Both the position numbers and the translations under genes were made by a program. Positions 8,885 through 16,970 of a DNA stretch of 32,000 nt are shown here, one piece after another. Location of the stretch: assembly GCF_030684185.1 (NCBI RefSeq), contig NZ_JAUXOY010000014.1:1-32000 (forward strand), given 5' to 3'. The notes below the pieces were generated by a model. The model was not told the origin of the DNA and made no database searches. It saw only the letters and a program-made list of their open reading frames with translations. The DNA comes from Methylotenera sp. Lineage in GTDB: Bacteria > Pseudomonadota > Gammaproteobacteria > Burkholderiales > Methylophilaceae. Numbering within the stretch: the first letter of the stretch is position 1; each line of letters begins with the position of its first letter.

Positions 8885-9210
8885 TTAATGTGTAAGCCCC
8901 ATAATTAAAGGCAGTATTGTAAAAATGGTGGTTATAAAAAGTAGTGATTAAAAGACAAAGACTAGGTAGTAAAAGTAATCGCTAAAAAGAAGAGGGTACA
9001 AAAACAATAATGTCTGTGATGTTTGAGCTTAAGCCCAATGCCCGCCATGCCGCTAAACAGCGCCGTGGTTTTTTGCGTTTTTTGGGTTTTGCTGTGAATA
9101 ATAAGCTACAGCTTATGTATTCCACGGTAAAAACCCTTGCGATTTTGGCTGCGGATTTACAGCTTAGCCTAAAACTAAAAACAAGACTAAAAACAACAAC
9201 ACGCCAGTCT

Positions 9211-9593
9211 TGCCCTGTGGTTCGACAAGCTCACCAACCGAGCCTGTCGAGTCGTGCCCTGAGCTTGTCGAAGGGAAACCTACCGAAATGACACAGCCCC
9301 TTCGACAAGCTCAGGGAACGGTAGGGAGTGTAGCCTGTAGAGTCGTGCCCTGTGGTTCGACAAGCTCACCAACCGATCCTGTCGAATCGTTCCCTGAGCC
9401 TGTCGAAGGGAAATCTACCAAAACGACACAGCCCCTTCGACAAGCTCAGGGAACGGTAGGGAGTGTAGCCTGTAGAGTCGTGCCCTGTGGTTCGACAAGC
9501 TCACCAACCGAGCCTGTCGAATCGTTCCCTGAGCCTGTCGAAGGGAAATCTACCAAAACGGCACAGCCCCTTCGACAGGCTCAGGGAACGGTA
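9211..9593. repeat. Tandem array, about 2.8 copies of a 135-bp unit built from nested inverted repeats (core ttcgacaRgctc)
   Basis: Units start at 9211, 9346 and 9481 (exact 135-bp period). Each has a 19-bp-arm hairpin ccctgagcYtgtcgaaggg...cccttcgacaRgctcaggg with a 22-nt loop, plus a second 12-bp-arm imperfect hairpin. The same family recurs at 13413-13565. Confidence 0.9.
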
Positions 9594-9649
9594 AGTGTGA
9601 GAGCGTTGATGCATTTTTTATTTAAAAATATTTTTGTAAAGGCTTATTG

Positions 9650-10765
9650 ATGCCGAAAATTCAAACAAACAAAACCAAGCGCCAACATCAACGCCAGCTG
9701 GGCTTTACTTTGCTAGAGCTGTTGGTGGTCATCGGTTTGTTGGGATTAGTAGCGATGTCTATCACTGGCCTGATGATTGAAGACCAAGGCGTAAAACGCC
9801 AAGAAGTGACTGAAAAGCGCTGGGATGAAATTCGCAAGGCGATTATTGGGGATACCTCACGCACCTTAAACGGCGAGCCTATGTTAAGTGGCTATGTGGC
9901 CGATATGGGCAGGTTGCCACGTAATTTAACAGAGCTTATGGTGAAAGATTATGATGATGATAATGACCCATTAACACCTGATTTTGTACAGCCTGCCTGG
10001 GCAGAATTTGCACTCTACGACCCTATTGCTGGTTGTACGCCTAATCCTTGCACACCTTTAACCCTTGGTGCAGGCTGGCGTGGCCCGTATTTATATACGG
10101 GCGGCAGTAAATATTTTAAAGATGGCTGGAGTGCCACAGAAACAGCGGACCTCGATTTTGATTGGGCGGTGACGTTAACAGGCACATCACCTGCACATAG
10201 TGCTATTGCCGTGCAAAGTTTGGGATTTGATAATGCTGTCGGCGGTACAGAATATAAAGCGGATTACCCAGAGGCTGGCATCAATACGGTGTATGCCAGC
10301 GACTGGCAACTAAGCACATTACCTACACCGCCTACCATTCAATTTACAATTCACTTTAATAAAGCACCATTATTTGCGCAAACCGCACTGGAGCTTAGAA
10401 TTTATTATTTCCAAGATGATGCAAACGTTACGACTTCTCCTGCGGATTTTATAAAAAATAATGAACAAGTAAGCAATGTCCTATTTGATTTGCCAACAAC
10501 TACGCCACCAGTGCCAGTTAGCACAAGCATCACATACAGCCCTCCAACTGCCCCTACTCCCCCGCCATATTTGCCTTTGGGTAAATACGCTGCGCTAGTC
10601 TGGTGTACGGATGACCCAGCAACCCCCACCACTGAGCCAGATGTTATTTATGACGGCAACTGCGACTCTGAACAAGACACTGATGTTAAGCCTTATTACT
10701 TTACTATGCTACCCAGTGCTACGCCTACCATTAAAATCTATTGGAACACCCAGGACACCCCTTAA
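9650..10765 (+). CDS. Large GspG-like pseudopilin with a Pro/Thr-rich C-terminal extension
   Basis: SD aaagg 7 nt upstream of the ATG at 9650. Leader MPKIQTNKTKRQHQRQLG|FTLLELLVVIGLLGLVA with Glu at +5. GspG-like segment (RWDEIRKAIIG...LSGYVADMGRLPRNLTEL). PT-rich tract PTTTPPVPVSTSITYSPPTAPTPPPY. Confidence 0.8.
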   Translation: MPKIQTNKTKRQHQRQLGFTLLELLVVIGLLGLVAMSITGLMIEDQGVKRQEVTEKRWDEIRKAIIGDTSRTLNGEPMLSGYVADMGRLPRNLTELMVKDYDDDNDPLTPDFVQPAWAEFALYDPIAGCTPNPCTPLTLGAGWRGPYLYTGGSKYFKDGWSATETADLDFDWAVTLTGTSPAHSAIAVQSLGFDNAVGGTEYKADYPEAGINTVYASDWQLSTLPTPPTIQFTIHFNKAPLFAQTALELRIYYFQDDANVTTSPADFIKNNEQVSNVLFDLPTTTPPVPVSTSITYSPPTAPTPPPYLPLGKYAALVWCTDDPATPTTEPDVIYDGNCDSEQDTDVKPYYFTMLPSATPTIKIYWNTQDTP

Positions 10766-12589
10766 ATGCGTTTAAATGATTTAGTTGAAAAGCTCCCGTT
10801 TTTACAGCGGGTTAATTCTGTTTTAGTGTGCGAGGTTGACCACGCAGGGTTAAGAGCTGCGGTGGTGGTGCGGCATGGTGATGAAGTCACCAGCACATTT
10901 GAGGCTAGCTCTGCCTTGCTGGACTTTAATGCTGCCGTGGCCGAGGTGGTAAAGCACGTGCGTGAGCAGGGCTGGGTGGGCAAGCATGCAATTTTGCTGA
11001 CACCAGCGGTGTTGCTGGCGATGCTGGATTTACCAATTCCGCAAAAAAACAAGCTGGCCCCTGCCGAAGTGGCAGAAAAAATTGATTGGGAGCTAGAGCC
11101 GCTTATTACCCAGCATTTAAGCACCTTGGCTTTGGGCAGGCTGTTGGTGGCACTTGGGTTTATGACGGCTGACCATGTAGACGATGTGATTAGCCAGCAA
11201 AGCTACAGCAATAATACCCATCATGTAGACCCCAATAAAACTTATACCTATAAGCGTTTTGGCGAGGTGGCGATTGAAATGGGCTATATCAATCAGGCGC
11301 AGCTGCAAAAGTGTTTAGATATTCAAAGCTGGTTTCAATCCACAGGTGATGAAGTTAAATGCGGCTGGTCTGCACAGGGTTTGTTGGCTAGCGATGATAC
11401 GGGCAGTGCAAATATGTATCAGTGGCTGGCCAGCGGTGTGAATCAAAGCCTGTTGCGCCAGTGGCAGGCGGCTTTTACGGCGCATCAAATCAAGCTGGAA
11501 TATCTTTATCCGTTGGCTGGATGTGCTGCCAGCATGCCGGATTTAGCTAATAAGGATTTAAAACATCAGTTATTGCTTGAGGTTTATGAAACCGTTATCG
11601 CGGGTGTTCATATTGCGGGCAACCGCATTGTTAGCTTGCATATTCAGCCCAGCACCTTACAAGACACGCTGGCGAATATTGCCGAAACGTATCACTCGCT
11701 TGAAGCCGCTGAATTGGATGCGGTGTGGCTGGTTGATTCTGTATCTAACAATGAAATTGAAGCCAGTAAGTTACACAGCAATTTAGAGGCGGTGGTGTCA
11801 CTGCCGATTAAAACGCTGGCTCGCCAAACGCATTTAGTCAGTGTAGGCATGCTGGGCGCCGCACGCCACATGTTTAAAATGAAAGGCGCACATTATGTGG
11901 CAGGTGTGCCTGTTAGCAACCCGCAGCCTGGCCTGTTGCAGCGTTTGGAAGTGCGTGCCTTTTTGGCAGGCTTGGCTTTGTTGCTTACTATTGGTTTGGC
12001 TGAAGTGGTGCTGCAGGTGCGGCAAAGTCTGATTGAATCTGAAAATGAGCGCGTCAGCAAAGACCTGAAAGTGATAGATGATGCCATTGCAAGGGTGCAA
12101 GCTAAAGTAGATGAAGTTAAAAAGCTTAAAGGTAGCATCAAAGACTTGCAAGCTGAGCAAAAAGAAACACAGGCAGCAGCAAATTTACTTTCTGCGGATT
12201 TACCCAAGCGCAATCAAACCGTTATTTCCTTTCTTAGTGCATTAGATCGGTCGATTTCTGATGATGTGGTGATAGATAGAATTGCTGAAGACCCGATTTA
12301 TGGTTTTACTATCAATGCCTGGTCGTTAAATGATAAATCTGCACAAGAATTTGTAAAAACCCTTCAGGTGGCGGTGCATCCGTTAGGTTATAAATTGAAA
12401 GATGTAACGGTGTCCAGCCAAACTGGCCGATTAGGTTTAATGGGTTCTTCGGTGAGTTTTAGCGCCACATCGCTGGATGATAAAGCTTGGGCTACCGGCA
12501 AATCGTCGCCTAACAAAGCTTTACCCGCTGCTACCGGTAATGCCAGAGTTGCAATCCCTATACCAGCCCCAGCTAAGGAGGTTCAATAA
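10766..12589 (+). CDS. PilM-PilN fusion / GspL- or MshI-like assembly protein (bitopic)
   Basis: The ATG abuts the upstream stop (taaATG). Cytoplasmic N-domain with PilM-like features (…KIDWELEPLI…). Single TM FLAGLALLLTIGLAEVVLQV (about 11955-12020), then a coiled coil and a periplasmic domain. 607 aa. The fold assignment is by eye only. Confidence 0.65.
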   Translation: MRLNDLVEKLPFLQRVNSVLVCEVDHAGLRAAVVVRHGDEVTSTFEASSALLDFNAAVAEVVKHVREQGWVGKHAILLTPAVLLAMLDLPIPQKNKLAPAEVAEKIDWELEPLITQHLSTLALGRLLVALGFMTADHVDDVISQQSYSNNTHHVDPNKTYTYKRFGEVAIEMGYINQAQLQKCLDIQSWFQSTGDEVKCGWSAQGLLASDDTGSANMYQWLASGVNQSLLRQWQAAFTAHQIKLEYLYPLAGCAASMPDLANKDLKHQLLLEVYETVIAGVHIAGNRIVSLHIQPSTLQDTLANIAETYHSLEAAELDAVWLVDSVSNNEIEASKLHSNLEAVVSLPIKTLARQTHLVSVGMLGAARHMFKMKGAHYVAGVPVSNPQPGLLQRLEVRAFLAGLALLLTIGLAEVVLQVRQSLIESENERVSKDLKVIDDAIARVQAKVDEVKKLKGSIKDLQAEQKETQAAANLLSADLPKRNQTVISFLSALDRSISDDVVIDRIAEDPIYGFTINAWSLNDKSAQEFVKTLQVAVHPLGYKLKDVTVSSQTGRLGLMGSSVSFSATSLDDKAWATGKSSPNKALPAATGNARVAIPIPAPAKEVQ

Positions 12590-13332
12590 TGGCTTTCGAT
12601 AAAATCAGCAGTCGCGAGCAGGTACTTATTTTTATTGTGATTACTACATTTGTCGCGGGGGGCTATGGGTTGCTTAGATTTGTGCCGCAGACCAAACAAT
12701 TAGCCGAGTTGCAAGCCACCGTTAAAGTTAATCAAGACAAAATTAAAAATCCGAACTTTCCTGATGAGCCTACGGAGGATACTGAAGATTTAAAAGACAA
12801 GCTGGAAGATTTAGAAAATGTAATGGTGAATGTGCGCGCTAACCTTGAAGCACTGGAAAAAAATCTTGCGCCAACTGATAGCCAGGAAATGGTATTAAAA
12901 ATATCTGAAGCGGCTCGTGCATCCGGGGTGAGAGTGATTGAAAACGTGCCTTATTTGGTGCAAAGAAAAGATGGCGAAACGGCTAATCAAGCCAATAAGC
13001 CAAAAATATCTAAAAGAGGTCAAAGAAAATTAGATAGAGAAGCCAAAAAAAAAGCGCAGCAAGCGGGTGGTGCTGCGGCAGCTTCTGCCAGCGGCGGCAT
13101 TCCTAAAGAAGGCGAGCTGATTTACCGCTTGGTAAACGAGCTGGAAACATCACGGCCTTTTCAGCGTATTAGTGTTGAGGGTAGTTTTGCAGATTTGCAA
13201 AAATTCGTTCAGTCTGTACGTACCATGCCTTGGCAAGCCACCATTGTGAAGCTGGATATTGATGTGGCGATTCAAACCCCGCCACAAGGTATGCCACAGC
13301 CGATTACCGCACGTATGATTATTGCGATTTAG
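12589..13332 (+). CDS. PilO/GspM/MshJ-like bitopic assembly protein
   Basis: TAATG overlap with the upstream gene. N-terminal TM VLIFIVITTFVAGGYGLL followed by a coiled coil (LAELQATVKVNQDKIKN…LEDLENVMVNVRANLEALEKN). The position after the PilM/N-like gene fits this role. Contains a Lys/Ala-rich insert. Confidence 0.6.
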   Translation: MAFDKISSREQVLIFIVITTFVAGGYGLLRFVPQTKQLAELQATVKVNQDKIKNPNFPDEPTEDTEDLKDKLEDLENVMVNVRANLEALEKNLAPTDSQEMVLKISEAARASGVRVIENVPYLVQRKDGETANQANKPKISKRGQRKLDREAKKKAQQAGGAAAASASGGIPKEGELIYRLVNELETSRPFQRISVEGSFADLQKFVQSVRTMPWQATIVKLDIDVAIQTPPQGMPQPITARMIIAI

Positions 13333-13412
13333 CAGGTTAAATTGATGACCTTTAATCTAATAATACAACTATTTCCTCGCCTCAACCTCCTCTTTAGTCT
13401 GGTCAAGACTAG

Positions 13413-13565
13413 CTGTTCCCTGAGCTTGTCGAGCCGTTCCCTGAGCTTGTCGAAGGGCGGCGGAGATTTAGTTACCATTAGTTCCTGTAGCCCTTCGACA
13501 AGCTCAGGGAACGTGGGTCCTTCGACCACTTCGGCAAGCTCAGGACAGGCAGGCTCAGGGAACAG
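13413..13565. repeat. Solo copy of the ttcgacaagctc nested-palindrome repeat family
   Basis: Perfect 22-bp inner arms gttccctgagcttgtcgaaggg (13436-13457) / cccttcgacaagctcagggaac (13491-13512). 13-bp outer arms ctgttccctgagc (13413-13425) / gctcagggaacag (13553-13565). Confidence 0.9.
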
Positions 13566-13607
13566 CGAGCTTTGGTGCAAAAATTTTAGTTCAATAGTCT
13601 TTAAATC

Positions 13608-15251
13608 ATGGCATTAAACACTGAACAACTCATAGAAGCGGGGCTTAAGCAGAGGCTGATTGAGGCGGATGTGCTTAACCAGTTACGCACAGAATCGCGC
13701 CGTAAGCGTATTGATATTCTGGATGCGATTATGGCGCACTACCGCTTGCCTGTCAGTGCGCTATATCGTGCTGTAGCCGAAATGCGCGGTTTAAAATTTG
13801 TAGATTATGCGCAAGCCAAGCCTGATGCTGAATTATTAAAAAAAATTCCGCAGGCATTGGTTAGGCGTAAAGGTTTATTGCCATTGCTGCATGATGAGCC
13901 AGGTGTATTGTTAGCCACAGCAGACCCAGATGACCGCGCCAGCATTGAAACAGTTAGACGTATTTTAGGCAGTCAGTTGCGCGTGGCCGTGGCAGAGCCT
14001 AATACGCTTAATGCGGCAATCAATCGCGCGTACCTCAGTCAAGCTGCCGCACCTAGTGGCTTGCCAACAGCGGCAGCTGAGGTGGATTTAGTAAGCTTGC
14101 TTGATAGTATTTTTAAAGAGGCTTATTTGCGTAGGTCTTCTGATATTCATTTGGTGCAGGATGAGTTTGGTTTACGCGTACGTTTACGTGTAGATGGCGA
14201 GTTGCAAGATTATGTAACTGATAGTGTGCATGATACAACCGTGGCTAACGGGCTTATTTCACGCATTAAAGTATTGGCTAATTTAGATATTGCCGAGCAG
14301 CGCGAACCGCAAGATGGCGGCATGTCTTATTACTTGCCACCGCCGATTGATAGCGAGTTTAACGTGCGCGTGGCCACCGCGCCAACGCGGCTGGGTGAGC
14401 GTGTGACTATGCGCGTGCTGGGGCAGGATGCGCAGGATTTAACCTTAGAAAAAATCGGCATGTCTGAGCCGGATATGCTGATGTTCAACAAAGCCATCAG
14501 AAAACCATTCGGTATGATTTTGCTCACAGGCCCTACGGGTAGCGGTAAATCCACCACGCTATTTGCGGCATTACGCGAAATTAGCTCGCCCAGCATTAAC
14601 ATTATGACGGTAGAAAACCCGGTGGAATATGTGATGGAAGGGGTTTCTCAAATTCAAACAGGGGCAAAAGTTACCTTTGCCAGTGCGTTGCGGTCTTTAT
14701 TGCGGCACGACCCCGATGTGCTGATGGTGGGTGAAATCCGCGATGAAGAAACCGCCGATACCGCGCTCAAAGCGGCGATGACGGGTCATTTGGTATTTTC
14801 TACCCTGCACACCAATACGGCGGCAGGTACGGTATCGCGTTTAATCGACATTGGCTGTGAACCGTTTTTAATTGGTTCTACCATGAATGCGGTGATTGCA
14901 CAGCGTTTGGTGCGCAAGTTATGTTCGCATTGTAAAACCAGCCATGCTGCAACCGATGAAGAAAAAAATCTATTAGACTTACCAGCAGAAACGGAAGCTC
15001 AAATTTATGAGCCAAAAGGTTGTGCTTTTTGCCAAGGTTCAGGCTATCGCGGGCGTTTGGGCTTGTTTGAAACATTATGGTTTGATGAAGAGCTTAGTAA
15101 ACTGGTGGCCAAAGGCTGTAGTGAAGAAGAGCTGGAGCAGCGTGCAGGCCCACAGCGATTACGCCCGATGTGGGTAGATGGCACTGCAAAAGTATTGGCT
15201 GGTATTACCACCATTGCTGAACTGCAAAGCGTTGCAGTGAAAAGGCATTAA
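13608..15251 (+). CDS. GspE/PilB/MshE-family secretion/assembly ATPase
   Basis: T2SSE_N-like N-domain (…GLKFVDY…LLKKIPQALVRRKGLLPLL…LLATADPDD). Walker A GPTGSGKST, Walker B/Asp box DVLMVGEIRDEETA, His box GHLVFSTLHTN, tetra-Cys CSHCK…CAFCQGSGYRGR. Confidence 0.92.
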   Translation: MALNTEQLIEAGLKQRLIEADVLNQLRTESRRKRIDILDAIMAHYRLPVSALYRAVAEMRGLKFVDYAQAKPDAELLKKIPQALVRRKGLLPLLHDEPGVLLATADPDDRASIETVRRILGSQLRVAVAEPNTLNAAINRAYLSQAAAPSGLPTAAAEVDLVSLLDSIFKEAYLRRSSDIHLVQDEFGLRVRLRVDGELQDYVTDSVHDTTVANGLISRIKVLANLDIAEQREPQDGGMSYYLPPPIDSEFNVRVATAPTRLGERVTMRVLGQDAQDLTLEKIGMSEPDMLMFNKAIRKPFGMILLTGPTGSGKSTTLFAALREISSPSINIMTVENPVEYVMEGVSQIQTGAKVTFASALRSLLRHDPDVLMVGEIRDEETADTALKAAMTGHLVFSTLHTNTAAGTVSRLIDIGCEPFLIGSTMNAVIAQRLVRKLCSHCKTSHAATDEEKNLLDLPAETEAQIYEPKGCAFCQGSGYRGRLGLFETLWFDEELSKLVAKGCSEEELEQRAGPQRLRPMWVDGTAKVLAGITTIAELQSVAVKRH

Positions 15252-15253
15252 CG

Positions 15254-16480
15254 ATGGCAAAATTCAAATACACCGCTATCAATAGTGCAGGTAAAGAAAG
15301 AAAAGGCAGCATTCAGGCCTTGGATACCAATATGGCGTCAGCAGCCTTAAAAGAGCAAGGGCTGTATGTGATTAAAATTGGCGCAGAAACCAGCAAGGCA
15401 GAGGGTGGATTGTCGAAAGAGTTTAATTTTTCAAGTCTGAATAAGTACCGTTCAGTTTCTAAAACGCAATTGGTTTTTTTCTTTAAGCAGCTTTCGTTTA
15501 TGTTGCGTGCAGGTTTGCCTGTGATGCAAGCTTTACAGCTCTCTCAGACTCAGGTTTCAAGCGGGCGCTTACGCTTGGTCATTGGTGAAATGCTGAGCGA
15601 TATTGAAAATGGCAGCCAGGTATCAAAAGCTATGGAGAAGCATAGTGAGGTATTTCCAGCCATCGCCATTAACTTAATGGCGGCAGGTGAAAGTACAGGT
15701 TCGCTGGACTTGGTGGCAAACCGCCTGGCGGATCACCTTGAGAAAAAAGCCGCGCTTAAATCACAAACCATCAATGCCATGATTTATCCATCAGTGGTAG
15801 TGGTTGCCGCGATAGGCGTAGTGATTTTTTTAGTGGTTAAAATTATTCCGACATTCGCTAAGTTTATTCAGGGCAAAGGCAAAAAATTACCGGCTTCTAC
15901 CCAGTTTTTAATCGACGCTTCAGACTTTGCACTCAAATACGGACTATTTTTTGTAGCGGCTTTTATTTTGAGCGTGGTTGTTTTAATCACGGCCTACAAC
16001 ACGCCATTGGGGCGTTTGAAAATTGATGGTTTTTTATTGAAAATCCCCGTAATAGGCAAACTGCTTTCGCATGGGGCCATGGCAGAGTTTAACTGGTCGC
16101 TCTCTATGATGTTGCGTAGCGGTTTAACTGCGTATGAGTCGCTCAAAATATGCGGCAAGGTTATTGCCAATCGCCTTATCTCTACCAAGTTGTATCTAGC
16201 TGCCGACCAAATTTTAACAGGGCGCGATTTGGCTTCCAGCTTAAAGCATCCTGCTATTCCGGAATTAGTGATACAGATGACTGCTGTGGGTGAAAAAACC
16301 GGAACGCTGGACTTAGTGTTGCAAGAAGTTGGCGTGTTTTATGAAATGCAGTTGCAGGTAGGTGTAAAGCGCATGAGCGCAATGATAGAGCCTGCCATGA
16401 TATTGGTGATAGGCGGAATTGTTGGTTTTGTGTATTACGCGTTTTTTCAGGCCATGTTTTCTTTGGTGTCGAAAGGTTAA
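15254..16480 (+). CDS. GspF/PilC-family inner-membrane platform protein
   Basis: Two repeats of the T2SSF-type domain (…FFKQLSFMLRAGLPVMQAL… and …FNWSLSMMLRSGLTAYESL…), 3 TM segments, 408 aa. Starts 2 nt after the ATPase stop. Confidence 0.9.
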   Translation: MAKFKYTAINSAGKERKGSIQALDTNMASAALKEQGLYVIKIGAETSKAEGGLSKEFNFSSLNKYRSVSKTQLVFFFKQLSFMLRAGLPVMQALQLSQTQVSSGRLRLVIGEMLSDIENGSQVSKAMEKHSEVFPAIAINLMAAGESTGSLDLVANRLADHLEKKAALKSQTINAMIYPSVVVVAAIGVVIFLVVKIIPTFAKFIQGKGKKLPASTQFLIDASDFALKYGLFFVAAFILSVVVLITAYNTPLGRLKIDGFLLKIPVIGKLLSHGAMAEFNWSLSMMLRSGLTAYESLKICGKVIANRLISTKLYLAADQILTGRDLASSLKHPAIPELVIQMTAVGEKTGTLDLVLQEVGVFYEMQLQVGVKRMSAMIEPAMILVIGGIVGFVYYAFFQAMFSLVSKG

Positions 16481-16485
16481 AGATT

Positions 16486-16962
16486 TTGAAAATTACTAGT
16501 TTTTATCAAACTGTATTGGGTGTGATTAGTAGTGCTGGTTTGCTGTTTTTTATATCCACCAGCGTCATGGCGGCCGATGCCTTTTCAGGCTATTACGGCG
16601 GTAACGGCCAAAATCAGCAGAACGGCAGAATACAGCGTGACCCCTTTACCACCAGCGACAAAATGTATGGCGAAGTAGGTGCGCAAGCCGCACAAAGGGC
16701 AAGTAACGCACAAGGCTTTATTCCGGGTTATGGGGCGCAGGCAGTGCCAAAAATGCGACTAAAAGGCTTTGTGACTAAAAGCAATAAAAAAGCGGCGGCT
16801 CTGCTGGATGTTGAAGGTGTTGGCGTGTATTTGGTGAGTGAAGGCGATGAAATAGGCTTGCAGGCCATGGGGCAGAATAGTGTTTTAAAAATCATCGGGG
16901 TCAGTGCCAATGGCGTAAAAGTGCAATCTGGTCAGGTGAATCAAGTGATAGTTGTACGTTAA
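16486..16962 (+). CDS. PilP/GspC(HR)/MshK-like small periplasmic protein
   Basis: TTG start. Signal/anchor VLGVISSAGLLFFISTSVMAADA. C-terminal beta-rich segment MRLKGFVTKSNKKAAALLDVEGVGVYLVSEGDEIG…LKIIGVSANGVKV, typical of secretin-docking PilP/HR domains. Located immediately upstream of the secretin gene. Confidence 0.6.
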   Translation: MKITSFYQTVLGVISSAGLLFFISTSVMAADAFSGYYGGNGQNQQNGRIQRDPFTTSDKMYGEVGAQAAQRASNAQGFIPGYGAQAVPKMRLKGFVTKSNKKAAALLDVEGVGVYLVSEGDEIGLQAMGQNSVLKIIGVSANGVKVQSGQVNQVIVVR

Positions 16963-16970
16963 GTAATTAG

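Noticed and set aside
9211-9593. Possible CRISPR array.
   Set aside because: The period is 135 bp and there are no unique spacers; the whole unit repeats. The repeats are internally palindromic over 19 bp with long loops, and there are no cas genes in the window.
9210-9650. 146-aa ORF (…PELVEGKPTEMTQPLRQAQGTV… repeated three times), and the 93-aa ORF 9010-9291 that runs into it.
   Set aside because: The peptide periodicity simply mirrors the 135-bp DNA repeat, and its arms are inverted repeats of each other. There is no convincing start context for 9210. ORF 9010 has a plausible SD but no recognisable features, and its C-terminus is repeat-encoded. Both are treated as translation artefacts of a non-coding repeat.
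13329-13617. Overlapping ORFs on both strands (83 aa minus strand, 91 aa plus strand) between the PilO-like and ATPase genes.
   Set aside because: Both are encoded by the palindromic repeat element, which is why both strands are open. Their content is of the low-complexity FDKLRE/SLSKG type.
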